From the NCBI RefSeq assembly GCF_016026235.1, contig NZ_CP065613.1: a DNA stretch of 64,000 nucleotides; one strand, given 5' to 3'. A model generated the notes under the pieces. The model had not been told where the DNA came from and made no database searches. It saw only the letters and a program-made list of their open reading frames with translations. Below, piece by piece: positions 1-11,800 of this stretch. This DNA comes from Escherichia coli. GTDB lineage: Bacteria > Pseudomonadota > Gammaproteobacteria > Enterobacterales > Enterobacteriaceae. Position 1 is the first letter of the stretch. Every line of letters starts with the position of its first letter. Position numbers and translations under genes: made by a program.

Positions 1-38
1 CTGCTAACGTGTCTGTCTCAAGAGTAAGGAGCATTACT

Positions 39-308
39 ATGAAATGTAAACGTCTGAATGAAGTTATTGAACTCCTCCAGCCAGCCTGGCAAAAAGAGCC
101 AGACCTTAACCTGTTGCAATTTTTGCAGAAACTGGCGAAAGAGTCAGGTTTTGACGGCGAACTGGCGGATTTGACGGATGACATTCTGATCTATCACCTG
201 AAAATGCGTGATTCCGCGAAAGATGCGGTGATCCCGGGTTTGCAGAAAGATTATGAAGAAGACTTCAAAACGGCGCTGTTACGCGCTCGCGGCGTAATTA
301 AAGAGTAA
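39..308 (+). CDS. yihD: YihD, small conserved protein (DUF1040-like)
   Basis: ORF 9..308; product matches remembered E. coli YihD beginning [15 protein letters not shown] at 39 preceded by AGGAG-like RBS. Confidence 0.85.
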
Positions 309-384
309 AAGCTTGTAAGCGGTGCCACCAAAATCATCGTGAAATGATATCCTTCATCATTCGTAATGTTTTCCGGATGATGGG

Positions 385-1371
385 ATGAACAACAGCGCTT
401 TTACTTTCCAGACACTACACCCGGATACCATCATGGATGCTCTATTTGAGCAAGGGATCCGGGTGGATTCCGGTCTTACCCCGCTTAACAGCTATGAAAA
501 CCGTGTCTATCAATTTCAGGACGAAGATCGTCGACGTTTTGTCGTCAAATTTTATCGCCCTGAACGTTGGACAGCCGATCAAATCCTCGAAGAACATCAA
601 TTTGCGTTGCAGTTGGTAAATGATGAAGTTCCGGTCGCAGCACCTGTGGCCTTTAACGGTCAGACTTTATTGAATCATCAGGGATTTTATTTCGCTGTTT
701 TTCCAAGCGTCGGTGGTCGCCAGTTCGAAGCTGATAATATTGATCAGATGGAAGCGGTTGGGCGTTATTTAGGGCGTATGCACCAGACGGGGCGCAAACA
801 GCTTTTTATCCATCGCCCGACCATCGGTCTGAATGAATATCTCATTGAGCCACGCAAGCTGTTTGAGGACGCTACACTGATACCTTCCGGGTTGAAAGCG
901 GCATTCCTGAAAGCGACAGATGAGCTGATCGCCGCCGTTACAGCGCACTGGCGGGAAGATTTCACCGTTCTGCGGCTACATGGAGACTGCCACGCCGGGA
1001 ATATTCTCTGGCGCGATGGTCCAATGTTTGTTGATCTGGATGATGCACGTAATGGTCCAGCTATTCAGGATTTGTGGATGTTGCTCAATGGCGATAAAGC
1101 CGAGCAGCGGATGCAACTGGAAACTATTATTGAAGCTTATGAAGAATTTAGCGAGTTCGACACCGCTGAAATCGGACTGATTGAACCTTTACGCGCCATG
1201 CGTTTGGTTTATTATCTTGCCTGGCTAATGCGGCGTTGGGCTGATCCCGCGTTCCCGAAAAATTTCCCGTGGTTAACCGGGGAAGATTACTGGCTGCGAC
1301 AAACGGCGACTTTTATAGAACAGGCAAAAGTTCTACAAGAACCCCCTTTACAATTAACACCTATGTATTAA
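385..1371 (+). CDS. srkA: Ser/Thr protein kinase SrkA (RdoA/YihE)
   Basis: 328-aa ORF, kinase-like motifs (HGDCHAGNILW, DLDD); conserved position upstream of dsbA. Confidence 0.9.
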   Translation: MNNSAFTFQTLHPDTIMDALFEQGIRVDSGLTPLNSYENRVYQFQDEDRRRFVVKFYRPERWTADQILEEHQFALQLVNDEVPVAAPVAFNGQTLLNHQGFYFAVFPSVGGRQFEADNIDQMEAVGRYLGRMHQTGRKQLFIHRPTIGLNEYLIEPRKLFEDATLIPSGLKAAFLKATDELIAAVTAHWREDFTVLRLHGDCHAGNILWRDGPMFVDLDDARNGPAIQDLWMLLNGDKAEQRMQLETIIEAYEEFSEFDTAEIGLIEPLRAMRLVYYLAWLMRRWADPAFPKNFPWLTGEDYWLRQTATFIEQAKVLQEPPLQLTPMY

Positions 1372-1387
1372 TCGGAGAGAGTAGATC

Positions 1388-2014
1388 ATGAAAAAGATTT
1401 GGCTGGCGCTGGCTGGTTTAGTTTTAGCGTTTAGCGCATCGGCGGCGCAGTATGAAGATGGTAAACAGTACACTACCCTGGAAAAACCGGTAGCTGGCGC
1501 GCCGCAAGTGCTGGAGTTTTTCTCTTTCTTCTGTCCGCACTGCTATCAGTTTGAAGAAGTTCTGCATATTTCTGATAATGTGAAGAAAAAACTGCCGGAA
1601 GGCGTGAAGATGACTAAATACCACGTCAACTTCATGGGTGGTGACCTGGGCAAAGATCTGACTCAGGCATGGGCTGTGGCGATGGCGCTGGGCGTGGAAG
1701 ACAAAGTCACTGTTCCGCTGTTTGAAGGCGTACAGAAAACCCAGACCATTCGTTCAGCATCTGATATCCGCGATGTATTTATCAACGCAGGTATTAAAGG
1801 TGAAGAGTACGACGCGGCGTGGAACAGCTTCGTGGTCAAATCTCTGGTCGCTCAGCAGGAAAAAGCTGCAGCTGACGTGCAATTGCGTGGCGTTCCGGCG
1901 ATGTTTGTTAACGGTAAATATCAGCTGAATCCGCAGGGTATGGATACCAGCAATATGGATGTTTTTGTTCAGCAGTATGCTGATACAGTGAAATATCTGT
2001 CCGAGAAAAAATAA
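1388..2014 (+). CDS. dsbA: periplasmic thiol:disulfide oxidoreductase DsbA
   Basis: 208-aa ORF with signal peptide and CPHC active site ([13 protein letters not shown]). Confidence 0.97.
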
Positions 2015-2034
2015 TTCAATGTAAATTACATAAG

Positions 2035-2061
2035 GCCCGTGAATATTCACGGGTTTTTTTT
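2035..2061 (+). terminator. rho-independent terminator downstream of dsbA
   Basis: GC hairpin cccgtgaatattcacggg followed by T-run. Confidence 0.7.
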
Positions 2062-2168
2062 ATTATTTAATAAATATAAATACATTCTGATAATGTGTCC
2101 TGCCGCTGGACATTATTTCAGCATAAGCGGATATTTAAAGTTTTGCTGTTTTATCAGGGAATATTTAT

Positions 2169-3599
2169 ATGATACATAAGTCAGCTACAGGTGTTATTGT
2201 TGCGTTAGCCGTAATCTGGGGTGGTGGCACATGGTACACAGGTACGCAAATTCAGCCTGGTGTCGAAAAGTTTATTAAAGATTTTAACGATGCTAAAAAG
2301 AAAGGTGAACATGCCTACGATATGACGTTAAGTTATAAAAATTTTGACAAAGGTTTTTTTAATTCTCGTTTTCAAATGCAAATGACATTCGATAACGGTG
2401 CACCCGATCTCAATATCAAGCCAGGCCAGAAAGTTGTATTTGATGTGGATGTTGAGCACGGTCCGTTGCCCATCACAATGTTAATGCATGGTAATGTCAT
2501 CCCAGCACTGGCAGCGGCAAAAGTGAACTTAGTGAATAATGAACTGACACAACCGCTATTTATCGCCGCGAAAAATAAATCGCCCGTGGAAGCGACATTG
2601 CGATTCGCGTTTGGTGGCTCATTCTCTACGACATTAGATGTTGCCCCTGCAGAGTATGGAAAGTTTTCTTTTGGTGAGGGCCAGTTTACTTTTAATGGTG
2701 ATGGTAGTTCATTGTCTAACCTGGATATTGAAGGCAAAGTCGAAGATATTGTTCTGCAATTATCACCAATGAACAAAGTAACGGCAAAAAGTTTTACCAT
2801 TGATTCTCTGGCGCGATTAGAAGAAAAGAAATTTCCGGTTGGTGAAAGCGAGTCGAAATTTAATCAGATTAACATTATCAATCACGGGGAAGACGTTGCC
2901 CAAATCGATGCTTTCGTTGCAAAAACCATGCTGGATCGCGTTAAAGACAAAGATTATATCAATGTCAATCTGACCTACGAACTTGATAAGTTAACAAAAG
3001 GGAATCAGCAACTCGGTAGTGGTGAGTGGTCATTGATTGCTGAATCTATTGATCCCTCAGCGGTGCGCCAATTTATCATCCAGTATAACATTGCAATGCA
3101 GAAGCAGCTTGCTGCACACCCTGAGTTAGCAAACGATGAAGTTGCTCTGCAAGAAGTGAATGCTGCATTGTTCAAAGAGTATTTACCGTTATTACAAAAA
3201 AGTGAGCCGACCATTAAACAACCGGTAAAATGGAAGAACGCACTCGGCGAACTAAATGCCAATCTGGATATCAGTATTGCCGACCCAGCCAAATCTTCAT
3301 CATCCACAAACAAAGATATTAAATCGCTCAATTTTGATGTGAAGTTACCGCTTAATGTCGTCACAGAAACCGCAAAACAGCTTAATTTATCTGAAGGAAT
3401 GGATGCGGAAAAAGCGCAAAAGCGGGCTGATAAACAAATCAGCGGGATGATGACCTTAGGTCAGATGTTTCAGTTAATCACGATTGACAACAATACCGCC
3501 TCGCTGCAACTGCGTTATACACCGGGTAAAGTTGTTTTTAACGGACAGGAGATGAGCGAAGAAGAATTTATGTCTCGTGCCGGACGTTTTGTTCATTAA
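2169..3599 (+). CDS. yihF: YihF, DUF945 family protein
   Basis: 476-aa ORF, N-terminal hydrophobic segment, synteny with K-12 yihF. Confidence 0.85.
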   Translation: MIHKSATGVIVALAVIWGGGTWYTGTQIQPGVEKFIKDFNDAKKKGEHAYDMTLSYKNFDKGFFNSRFQMQMTFDNGAPDLNIKPGQKVVFDVDVEHGPLPITMLMHGNVIPALAAAKVNLVNNELTQPLFIAAKNKSPVEATLRFAFGGSFSTTLDVAPAEYGKFSFGEGQFTFNGDGSSLSNLDIEGKVEDIVLQLSPMNKVTAKSFTIDSLARLEEKKFPVGESESKFNQINIINHGEDVAQIDAFVAKTMLDRVKDKDYINVNLTYELDKLTKGNQQLGSGEWSLIAESIDPSAVRQFIIQYNIAMQKQLAAHPELANDEVALQEVNAALFKEYLPLLQKSEPTIKQPVKWKNALGELNANLDISIADPAKSSSSTNKDIKSLNFDVKLPLNVVTETAKQLNLSEGMDAEKAQKRADKQISGMMTLGQMFQLITIDNNTASLQLRYTPGKVVFNGQEMSEEEFMSRAGRFVH

Positions 3600-3608
3600 A
3601 ATACTCAC

Positions 3609-3634
3609 TCGCCTCTGCTCATTCAGAGGCGAGC
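3609..3634. terminator. bidirectional hairpin terminator between convergent yihF and yihG
   Basis: perfect inverted repeat ctcgcctctg...cagaggcgag between convergent stops. Confidence 0.6.
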
Positions 3635-3639
3635 AAAAT

Positions 3640-4572
3640 TTACTTGTCCTGCCGCTGTGATGACATCAACGACGTCAGAAGTCGGTCTTTTTCCTGCCAC
3701 AGTGAGTTCAGCCATTGCTGAAAATGGCGCTTAAAGCTTTTGTCATTGATGTAGTCGCCATGTAACTCATCGGCAATAGGCTGTAAATCCACATGAACGA
3801 CAATTCGCGTCAGTTTACCGCTTAACATATCGAAGAACGGCTGACGGTTATTGTCCGGATAACACAGCGTAACATTAAGCAGTTTATCGAATTGTTTACC
3901 CAGTACATTTAGCGCCATCGCAATGCCTGCCGCCTTTGGTGGCAACAAGTTTTGAAAAGTGGAGTGGGTTTGCTGATGTTTTTCTTGCGTGAAACGGGAG
4001 CCTTCAACGAAATTGACAATGGTGGTGGGATGCAGGCGAAACTTTTCACAAGAACGCCGAGTGGTTTCAACATCTTTACCACGTCGCTCCGGATGACGTA
4101 ATAAATAAGCGCGGGAATAACGCTTCATAAACGGCATATCCAGCGCCCAGCACTCCAGGCCAAGAAATGGCACCCAGGCCAGCTGTTGCTTGAGGAAATA
4201 TTTATTCATCGGAATGTGCTTACGAAACAGCACGCACAGTACGACAATATCTGCCCAACTACGGTGGTTACAAATAAGCAGATACCAGTTCTTCTTACTT
4301 AACCCTTCCAGCCCGTGAACTTCCCATTGCAGGTGTGGGTTCAGATGCAGTAATACCGCCAGACCTTCACACCAGCAATACATCATAAAATCACAAAAAC
4401 GCGAAACCTTTCGCCAAATGACTGGCACAGGTAGCAATAGTTTTACAATCCCGGCAATGATGATCGGGACGGAACAAAAAATAGTGACCAAAATGGTCAA
4501 TACGATACTCAGCAAAAGGGTTATCGCAGCGAGTATTCTCGTCATAATGAATTTATTCAAAAGGTTAGCCAT
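3640..4572 (-). CDS. yihG: putative acyltransferase YihG (PlsC family)
   Basis: ORF 3640..4596; H(X4)D acyltransferase motif ([10 protein letters not shown]); start taken at ATG 4572 to match remembered 310-aa protein. Confidence 0.85.
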   Translation of the reverse strand: MANLLNKFIMTRILAAITLLLSIVLTILVTIFCSVPIIIAGIVKLLLPVPVIWRKVSRFCDFMMYCWCEGLAVLLHLNPHLQWEVHGLEGLSKKNWYLLICNHRSWADIVVLCVLFRKHIPMNKYFLKQQLAWVPFLGLECWALDMPFMKRYSRAYLLRHPERRGKDVETTRRSCEKFRLHPTTIVNFVEGSRFTQEKHQQTHSTFQNLLPPKAAGIAMALNVLGKQFDKLLNVTLCYPDNNRQPFFDMLSGKLTRIVVHVDLQPIADELHGDYINDKSFKRHFQQWLNSLWQEKDRLLTSLMSSQRQDK

Positions 4573-4935
4573 AGACAGTGCACTAAAGAAGCGCAAGGCG
4601 CAGATTTTAGCAGAAAACGACCCAAATAACGGATGATCCTTAAGGAGAAAAATAATTCATATCTATCCACATTAGAAAAAATCCCATTATCTCAATTATT
4701 AGGGATGGCTTTATTTTTAACTACATGAAAAACAAAGACAAACATCATACTGTAAAAAGCATGATAATAAATTAAAAGCGATGTAAATCATTTATGCACA
4801 AAGTTATCCACATGACGATTTGCGAGCGATCCAGAAGATCTACAAAAGATTTTCACGAAAAGCGGTGAAAAACTCATGTTTTTATCCTGTCTGTGGCATC
4901 CTTTACCCATAATCTGATAAACAGGCACGGACATT

Positions 4936-7722
4936 ATGGTTCAGATCCCCCAAAATCCACTTATCCTTGTAGATGGTTCATCTTATCTTTATCGCGCATA
5001 TCACGCGTTTCCCCCGCTGACTAACAGCGCAGGCGAGCCGACCGGTGCGATGTATGGTGTCCTCAACATGCTGCGCAGTCTGATCATGCAATATAAACCG
5101 ACGCATGCAGCGGTGGTCTTTGACGCCAAGGGAAAAACCTTTCGTGATGAACTGTTTGAACATTACAAATCACATCGCCCGCCAATGCCGGACGATCTGC
5201 GAGCACAAATCGAACCCCTGCACGCGATGGTTAAAGCGATGGGACTGCCGCTGCTGGCGGTTTCTGGCGTAGAAGCGGACGACGTTATCGGTACTCTGGC
5301 GCGCGAAGCCGAAAAAGCCGGGCGTCCGGTGCTGATCAGCACTGGCGATAAAGATATGGCGCAGCTGGTGACGCCAAATATTACGCTTATCAACACCATG
5401 ACGAATACCATCCTCGGACCGGAAGAGGTGGTGAATAAGTACGGCGTGCCGCCAGAACTGATCATCGATTTCCTGGCGCTGATGGGTGACTCCTCCGATA
5501 ACATTCCTGGCGTACCGGGCGTCGGTGAAAAAACCGCGCAGGCATTGCTGCAAGGTCTTGGCGGGCTGGATACGCTGTATGCCGAGCCAGAAAAAATTGC
5601 TGGGTTGAGCTTCCGTGGCGCGAAAACAATGGCAGCGAAGCTCGAGCAAAACAAAGAAGTTGCTTATCTCTCATACCAGCTGGCGACGATTAAAACCGAC
5701 GTTGAACTGGAGCTAACCTGTGAACAACTGGAAGTGCAGCAACCGGCGGCGGAAGAGTTGTTGGGGCTGTTCAAAAAGTATGAGTTCAAACGCTGGACTG
5801 CTGATGTCGAAGCGGGCAAATGGTTACAGGCTAAAGGGGCGAAACCCGCCGCCAGGCCGCAGGAAACTAGTGTTGCAGACGAAGCGCCAGAAGTGACGGC
5901 AACGGTGATTTCTTATGACAACTACGTCACCATCCTTGATGAAGAAACACTGAAAGCGTGGATTGCGAAGCTGGAAAAAGCGCCGGTATTTGCATTTGAT
6001 ACTGAAACCGACAGCCTCGATAACATCTCTGCCAACCTGGTCGGGCTTTCTTTTGCTATCGAGCCAGGCGTAGCGGCATATATTCCGGTTGCTCATGATT
6101 ATCTTGATGCGCCCGATCAAATCTCTCGCGAGCGTGCACTCGAGTTGCTAAAACCGCTGCTGGAAGATGAAAAGGCGCTGAAGGTCGGGCAAAACCTGAA
6201 ATACGATCGCGGTATTCTGGCGAATTACGGCATTGAGCTGCGTGGGATTGCGTTTGATACCATGCTTGAGTCCTACATTCTTAATAGCGTTGCCGGGCGT
6301 CACGATATGGACAGCCTCGCGGAACGTTGGTTGAAGCACAAAACCATCACTTTTGAAGAGATTGCGGGTAAAGGCAAAAATCAACTGACCTTTAACCAGA
6401 TTGCCCTCGAAGAGGCCGGACGTTACGCCGCCGAAGATGCTGATGTCACCTTGCAGTTGCATCTGAAAATGTGGCCGGACCTGCAAAAACACAAAGGGCC
6501 GTTGAACGTCTTCGAGAATATCGAAATGCCGCTGGTGCCGGTGCTTTCACGCATTGAACGTAACGGTGTGAAGATCGATCCGAAAGTGCTGCACAATCAT
6601 TCTGAAGAGCTTACCTTGCGTCTGGCTGAGCTGGAAAAGAAAGCGCATGAAATTGCAGGTGAGGAATTTAACCTTTCTTCCACCAAGCAGTTACAAACCA
6701 TTCTGTTTGAAAAACAGGGCATTAAACCACTGAAGAAAACGCCGGGTGGCGCGCCGTCAACGTCGGAAGAGGTACTGGAAGAACTGGCGCTGGACTATCC
6801 GTTGCCAAAAGTGATTCTGGAGTATCGTGGTCTGGCGAAGCTGAAGTCGACTTACACCGACAAGCTGCCGCTGATGATCAACCCGAAAACCGGGCGTGTG
6901 CATACCTCTTATCACCAGGCAGTAACTGCAACGGGACGTTTATCGTCAACCGATCCTAACCTGCAAAACATTCCGGTGCGTAACGAAGAAGGTCGTCGTA
7001 TCCGCCAGGCGTTTATTGCGCCAGAGGATTATGTGATTGTCTCAGCGGACTACTCGCAGATTGAACTGCGCATTATGGCGCATCTTTCGCGTGACAAAGG
7101 CTTGCTGACCGCATTCGCGGAAGGAAAAGATATCCACCGGGCAACGGCGGCAGAAGTGTTTGGTTTGCCACTGGAAACCGTCACCAGCGAGCAACGCCGT
7201 AGCGCGAAAGCGATCAACTTTGGTCTGATTTATGGCATGAGTGCTTTCGGTCTGGCGCGGCAATTGAACATTCCACGTAAAGAAGCGCAGAAGTACATGG
7301 ACCTTTACTTCGAACGCTACCCTGGCGTGCTGGAGTATATGGAACGCACCCGTGCTCAGGCGAAAGAGCAGGGCTACGTTGAAACGCTGGACGGACGCCG
7401 TCTGTATCTGCCGGATATCAAATCCAGCAATGGTGCTCGTCGTGCAGCGGCTGAACGTGCAGCCATTAACGCGCCAATGCAGGGAACCGCCGCCGACATT
7501 ATCAAACGGGCGATGATTGCCGTTGATGCGTGGTTACAGGCTGAGCAACCGCGTGTACGTATGATCATGCAGGTACACGATGAACTGGTATTTGAAGTTC
7601 ATAAAGATGATGTTGATGCCGTCGCGAAGCAGATTCATCAACTGATGGAAAACTGTACCCGTCTGGATGTGCCGTTGCTGGTGGAAGTGGGGAGTGGCGA
7701 AAACTGGGATCAGGCGCACTAA
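4936..7722 (+). CDS. polA: DNA polymerase I
   Basis: 928-aa ORF; 5'-3' exonuclease, 3'-5' exonuclease and polymerase motifs (e.g. [21 protein letters not shown]). Confidence 0.98.
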   Translation: MVQIPQNPLILVDGSSYLYRAYHAFPPLTNSAGEPTGAMYGVLNMLRSLIMQYKPTHAAVVFDAKGKTFRDELFEHYKSHRPPMPDDLRAQIEPLHAMVKAMGLPLLAVSGVEADDVIGTLAREAEKAGRPVLISTGDKDMAQLVTPNITLINTMTNTILGPEEVVNKYGVPPELIIDFLALMGDSSDNIPGVPGVGEKTAQALLQGLGGLDTLYAEPEKIAGLSFRGAKTMAAKLEQNKEVAYLSYQLATIKTDVELELTCEQLEVQQPAAEELLGLFKKYEFKRWTADVEAGKWLQAKGAKPAARPQETSVADEAPEVTATVISYDNYVTILDEETLKAWIAKLEKAPVFAFDTETDSLDNISANLVGLSFAIEPGVAAYIPVAHDYLDAPDQISRERALELLKPLLEDEKALKVGQNLKYDRGILANYGIELRGIAFDTMLESYILNSVAGRHDMDSLAERWLKHKTITFEEIAGKGKNQLTFNQIALEEAGRYAAEDADVTLQLHLKMWPDLQKHKGPLNVFENIEMPLVPVLSRIERNGVKIDPKVLHNHSEELTLRLAELEKKAHEIAGEEFNLSSTKQLQTILFEKQGIKPLKKTPGGAPSTSEEVLEELALDYPLPKVILEYRGLAKLKSTYTDKLPLMINPKTGRVHTSYHQAVTATGRLSSTDPNLQNIPVRNEEGRRIRQAFIAPEDYVIVSADYSQIELRIMAHLSRDKGLLTAFAEGKDIHRATAAEVFGLPLETVTSEQRRSAKAINFGLIYGMSAFGLARQLNIPRKEAQKYMDLYFERYPGVLEYMERTRAQAKEQGYVETLDGRRLYLPDIKSSNGARRAAAERAAINAPMQGTAADIIKRAMIAVDAWLQAEQPRVRMIMQVHDELVFEVHKDDVDAVAKQIHQLMENCTRLDVPLLVEVGSGENWDQAH

Positions 7723-7869
7723 GATTCGCCTGAACATGCCCTTTTTTCGTAAGTAAGCAACATAAGCTGTCACGTTTTGTGATGGCTATTAGAAATTCCT
7801 ATGCAACAACTGAAAAAAAATTACAAAAAGTGCTTTCTGAACTGAACAAAAAAGAGTAAAGTTAGTCGC

Positions 7870-7978
7870 GTAGGGTACAGAGGTAAGATGTTCTATCTTT
7901 CAGACCTTTTACTTCACGTAATCGGATTTGGCTGAATATTTTAGCCGCCCCAGTCAGTAATGACTGGGGCGTTTTTTA
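7870..7978 (+). ncRNA. spf: Spot 42 small RNA
   Basis: sequence GTAGGGTACAGAGGTAAGATGTTCTATCTTTCAGACC...CCCCAGTCAGTAATGACTGGGGCGTTTTTTATT matches remembered Spot 42 including intrinsic terminator; conserved position between polA and engB. Confidence 0.9.
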
Positions 7979-8002
7979 TTGGGCGAAAGAAAAGATCCGT
8001 AA

Positions 8003-8093
8003 TGCCTGATGCGCTATGTTTATCAGGCCAACGGTAGAATTGTAATCTATTGAATTTACGGGCCGGATACGCCACATCCGGCACAAGCATTAA
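8003..8093. repeat. REP palindromic units (BIME-like) between spf and engB
   Basis: gcctgatgcg...tatcaggcc and gccggatacgccacatccggc palindromes. Confidence 0.7.
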
Positions 8094-8103
8094 GGCAAGA
8101 AAA

Positions 8104-8736
8104 TTATTCGCCGTCCTGCGTTTCTTCTACAGGCTGCATCTCGCTAAACCAGGTATCCAGTTTCTGCCGCAGCTTGTCCACGCCTTGTTTCTTCAACGAA
8201 GAAAACGTTTCAACCTGCACATCACCGTTAAACGCCAGTACAGCTTCACGCACCATATTCAATTGCGCTTTACGTGCGCCGCTTGCCAGTTTGTCCGCTT
8301 TGGTCAGCAACACCAGCACGGCGATATTGCTGTCTACCGCCCACTCAATCATCTGCTGATCCAAATCTTTCAGCGGATGGCGAATATCCATTAGCACCAC
8401 CAGACCTTGCAGGCTCTGACGTTTTTCGAGGTACTCGCCGAGCGCGCGCTGCCATTTGCGCTTCATCTCTTCCGGGACTTCCGCATAACCGTACCCAGGC
8501 AAGTCAACCAGACGCTTGCCGTCAGCCACTTCAAACAGGTTGATAAGCTGGGTGCGCCCTGGGGTTTTTGAGGTACGAGCCAGGCTTTTCTGGTTAGTCA
8601 GCGTGTTCAGCGCGCTGGATTTACCTGCGTTGGAACGGCCTGCAAAAGCCACTTCAATTCCGGTATCGGAAGGTAGGTGGCGAATATCAGGCGCACTCAT
8701 CACAAAATGCGTCTGTTGATAATTCAAATTAGTCAA
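8104..8736 (-). CDS. engB: ribosome biogenesis GTPase EngB (YihA)
   Basis: 210-aa ORF with G1 motif GRSNAGKSS and other GTPase motifs. Confidence 0.95.
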
Positions 8737-9006
8737 AGCGGTCGTCTCCGTCAGTCAAAGCTTTGTGGCGATTATACCTGAACCATAATAAAAGGCGGAT
8801 TTTTCGGCGTGAGCGTTGTAAGTAAAAGCCATACGCTTTGTGAGACATTGCCGATAGTCTTTATGCGAAATAGCAGAGAAAATTCTGCGATGCATGTCAA
8901 ATAAGCTATATAAATCAGTGAATTGCTTTTATATAAAACTCTGAAAATGTGCAAATACTGATGGCGGTTGATTGTTTGTTTAAAGCAAAGGCGTAAAGTA
9001 GCACCC

Positions 9007-9248
9007 ATAGAGCGAGGACGCTAACAGGAACAATGACTCAGGATGAGGGTCAGGAGCGCCAGGAGGCGAAGACAGAGGATTGTCAGGAAGACAAACGTCC
9101 GGAGACGTAATTAAACGGAAATGGAATCAACACGGATTGTTCCGGCTAAAGGAAAAACAGGGTGTGTTGGCGGCCTGCAAGGATTGTAAGACCCGTTAAG
9201 GGTTATGAGTCAGGAAAAAAGGCGACAGAGTAATCTGTCGCCTTTTTT
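9007..9248 (+). ncRNA. csrC: CsrC small RNA (CsrA-sequestering)
   Basis: about 240 nt between engB and yihI with about 13 GGA motifs (CAGGA/AGGA in predicted loops) and terminal hairpin ggcgacagagtaatctgtcgcc plus T-run; matches known csrC location. Confidence 0.85.
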
Positions 9249-9317
9249 CTTTGCTTGCTTTCTGTTAGATTCCGCCGCAAATCTATACTGAATAAAACGG
9301 CTAAAAGACGAACCATT

Positions 9318-9827
9318 ATGAAACCATCATCTTCAAACTCACGCAGCAAAGGTCATGCAAAAGCGCGTCGAAAAACACGCGAGGAGCTGGATCAGGAAGC
9401 TCGTGATCGCAAGCGTCAGAAAAAACGTCGTGGTCATGCGCCGGGCAGCCGCGCAGCGGGCGGAAACACCACGTCAGGCAGCAAAGGCCAGAACGCACCA
9501 AAAGATCCACGTATTGGCAGTAAAACCCCTATTCCATTGGGCGTGACTGAAAAAGTCACCAAACAGCACAAACCGAAGAGTGAGAAACCTATGCTTTCAC
9601 CGCAGGCGGAGTTGGAATTACTGGAAACGGATGAGCGTCTGGATGCGCTGCTGGAACGTCTGGAAGCAGGCGAAACCCTGAGTGCCGAAGAGCAATCCTG
9701 GGTGGATGCTAAACTGGATCGTATTGATGAGTTGATGCAGAAACTCGGCCTCTCTTATGACGATGACGAAGAAGAGGAAGAAGACGAGAAGCAAGAAGAC
9801 ATGATGCGTCTGCTGCGGGGCAACTAA
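9318..9827 (+). CDS. yihI: Der GTPase-activating protein YihI
   Basis: ORF 9255..9827; start taken at [13 protein letters not shown]; highly basic N-terminus and acidic C-terminus. Confidence 0.9.
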   Translation: MKPSSSNSRSKGHAKARRKTREELDQEARDRKRQKKRRGHAPGSRAAGGNTTSGSKGQNAPKDPRIGSKTPIPLGVTEKVTKQHKPKSEKPMLSPQAELELLETDERLDALLERLEAGETLSAEEQSWVDAKLDRIDELMQKLGLSYDDDEEEEEDEKQEDMMRLLRGN

Positions 9828-10015
9828 CGGATTGCCGCCGTGGGCCTTCCCGTTCTGCTGATAACCCTTCCGGTTATATGTTATCTGGTGTGGTTATTCG
9901 TTAAACTACAGCGGTTGTCGCGGCGACAAAAGTGGCTGCGCAACCGGCTGATGACCCGAAACGGGCATCCGCCGGTACGCCGTAGCCGCCAGAGACGCCA
10001 TCGGAAGGAGTGAGC

Positions 10016-11389
10016 ATGTCTGTACAGCAAATCGACTGGGATCTGGCCCTGATCCAGAAATATAACTATTCCGGGCCACGATACACCTCGTACCCGACCG
10101 CGCTGGAGTTTTCAGAAGACTTCGGCGAACAGGCGTTTTTACAAGCCGTGGCGCGCTATCCTGAGCGTCCATTATCTCTCTACGTACATATCCCGTTCTG
10201 CCATAAGCTTTGTTACTTCTGCGGTTGCAATAAGATTGTTACTCGCCAGCAGCACAAGGCCGATCAGTATCTGGACGCGCTGGAGCAAGAAATCGTCCAT
10301 CGTGCACCGCTGTTCGCCGGGCGTCACGTCAGCCAGCTGCACTGGGGCGGCGGAACGCCGACGTATCTGAATAAAGCGCAAGTCAGCCGCCTGATGAAGC
10401 TGCTGCGCGAAAACTTCCAGTTCAATGCCGATGCGGAGATTTCGATCGAAGTCGATCCGCGGGAAATCGAACTGGATGTACTCGATCATTTACGCGCCGA
10501 AGGCTTTAATCGCCTGAGCATGGGCGTGCAGGACTTCAACAAAGAAGTGCAACGTCTGGTTAACCGCGAGCAGGATGAAGAGTTTATCTTTGCACTGCTT
10601 AACCATGCGCGTGAGATTGGTTTTACCTCCACCAACATCGACCTGATTTACGGCCTGCCGAAACAGACGCCGGAGAGTTTCGCCTTTACCCTGAAACGTG
10701 TGGCGGAGCTGAACCCCGATCGTCTGAGTGTCTTTAACTACGCGCATCTGCCGACCATTTTTGCTGCTCAGCGCAAAATCAAAGATGCTGACCTGCCGAG
10801 TCCGCAGCAAAAACTCGATATCCTGCAGGAAACCATCGCCTTCCTGACGCAATCGGGCTATCAGTTTATCGGTATGGATCACTTTGCCCGTCCTGATGAC
10901 GAGCTGGCGGTGGCCCAGCGTGAAGGCGTGCTGCATCGTAACTTCCAGGGCTACACCACTCAGGGCGATACCGATCTGCTGGGGATGGGCGTTTCCGCCA
11001 TCAGCATGATTGGCGACTGCTACGCGCAGAACCAGAAAGAGTTGAAGCAGTACTATCAGCAAGTGGATGAACAAGGCAATGCGCTGTGGCGTGGTATTGC
11101 GCTAACGCGTGATGACTGTATTCGCCGCGATGTGATTAAGTCGCTCATCTGCAACTTCCGTCTGGATTACGCCCCTATTGAGAAACAGTGGGATTTGCAC
11201 TTCGCTGATTACTTTTCGGAAGATCTCAAGCTGCTCGCCCCGTTAGCAAAAGATGGGCTGGTGGATGTGGATGAGAAGGGAATACAGGTGACGGCGAAAG
11301 GTCGCTTGCTGATCCGCAACATTTGCATGTGCTTTGATACCTATCTGCGCCAGAAAGCGCGGATGCAGCAGTTCTCACGGGTGATTTAA
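10016..11389 (+). CDS. hemN: oxygen-independent coproporphyrinogen III oxidase (radical SAM)
   Basis: ORF 10010..11389; radical-SAM CxxxCxxC motif (CHKLCYFCGC); ATG at 10016 with GGAAGGAG RBS. Confidence 0.95.
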   Translation: MSVQQIDWDLALIQKYNYSGPRYTSYPTALEFSEDFGEQAFLQAVARYPERPLSLYVHIPFCHKLCYFCGCNKIVTRQQHKADQYLDALEQEIVHRAPLFAGRHVSQLHWGGGTPTYLNKAQVSRLMKLLRENFQFNADAEISIEVDPREIELDVLDHLRAEGFNRLSMGVQDFNKEVQRLVNREQDEEFIFALLNHAREIGFTSTNIDLIYGLPKQTPESFAFTLKRVAELNPDRLSVFNYAHLPTIFAAQRKIKDADLPSPQQKLDILQETIAFLTQSGYQFIGMDHFARPDDELAVAQREGVLHRNFQGYTTQGDTDLLGMGVSAISMIGDCYAQNQKELKQYYQQVDEQGNALWRGIALTRDDCIRRDVIKSLICNFRLDYAPIEKQWDLHFADYFSEDLKLLAPLAKDGLVDVDEKGIQVTAKGRLLIRNICMCFDTYLRQKARMQQFSRVI

Positions 11390-11455
11390 ATAGTGAATGG
11401 CGCTTCGTTTACAAAGTAGAAAACGAAAGCGCCATCAATGTGCTGAGAACAAGAT

Positions 11456-11548
11456 TGCCTGATGCGCTACGCTTATCAGGCCTACAAAACCTGTTGAAAA
11501 TATTGCTTTTGTAGACCGGATAAGGCGTTCACGCCGCATCCGGCATGA
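11456..11548. repeat. REP/BIME palindromic units downstream of hemN
   Basis: gcctgatgcgctacgcttatcaggcctac ... gtagaccggataaggcgttcacgccgcatccggca. Confidence 0.75.
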
Positions 11549-11578
11549 ACAAAGAGCACTTCATCAGCAATTTGAAAC

Positions 11579-11689
11579 TCAACTAAACAGCCCAATCATC
11601 GCGGCACACAGCACGGCAGCAACGGCAGTTTGCGGTGTGTGGCTGTCAACTGCGCCACTCGATACCAGATTAATTATTGATTCCAGCAT
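11579..11689 (-). CDS. yshB: small hydrophobic protein YshB (36 aa)
   Basis: hand-translated 36-codon ORF MLESIINLVSSGAVDSHTPQTAVAAVLCAAMIGLFS, not in supplied track (below length cutoff); position between hemN and glnG matches remembered yshB. Confidence 0.6.
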   Translation of the reverse strand: MLESIINLVSSGAVDSHTPQTAVAAVLCAAMIGLFS

Positions 11690-11800
11690 AATGACTCTCC
11701 CCGTTTTCCGGGCAAGATCATACTGAACTTATCGGAACAGTAAAGCGCAAAATACCAGCAATTTGCGCTCAATAATCAATCTTTACACACAAGCCGTGAA

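Noticed and set aside
5163-5654. 163-aa and 159-aa minus-strand ORFs inside polA
   Set aside because: Antisense to polA; no independent support
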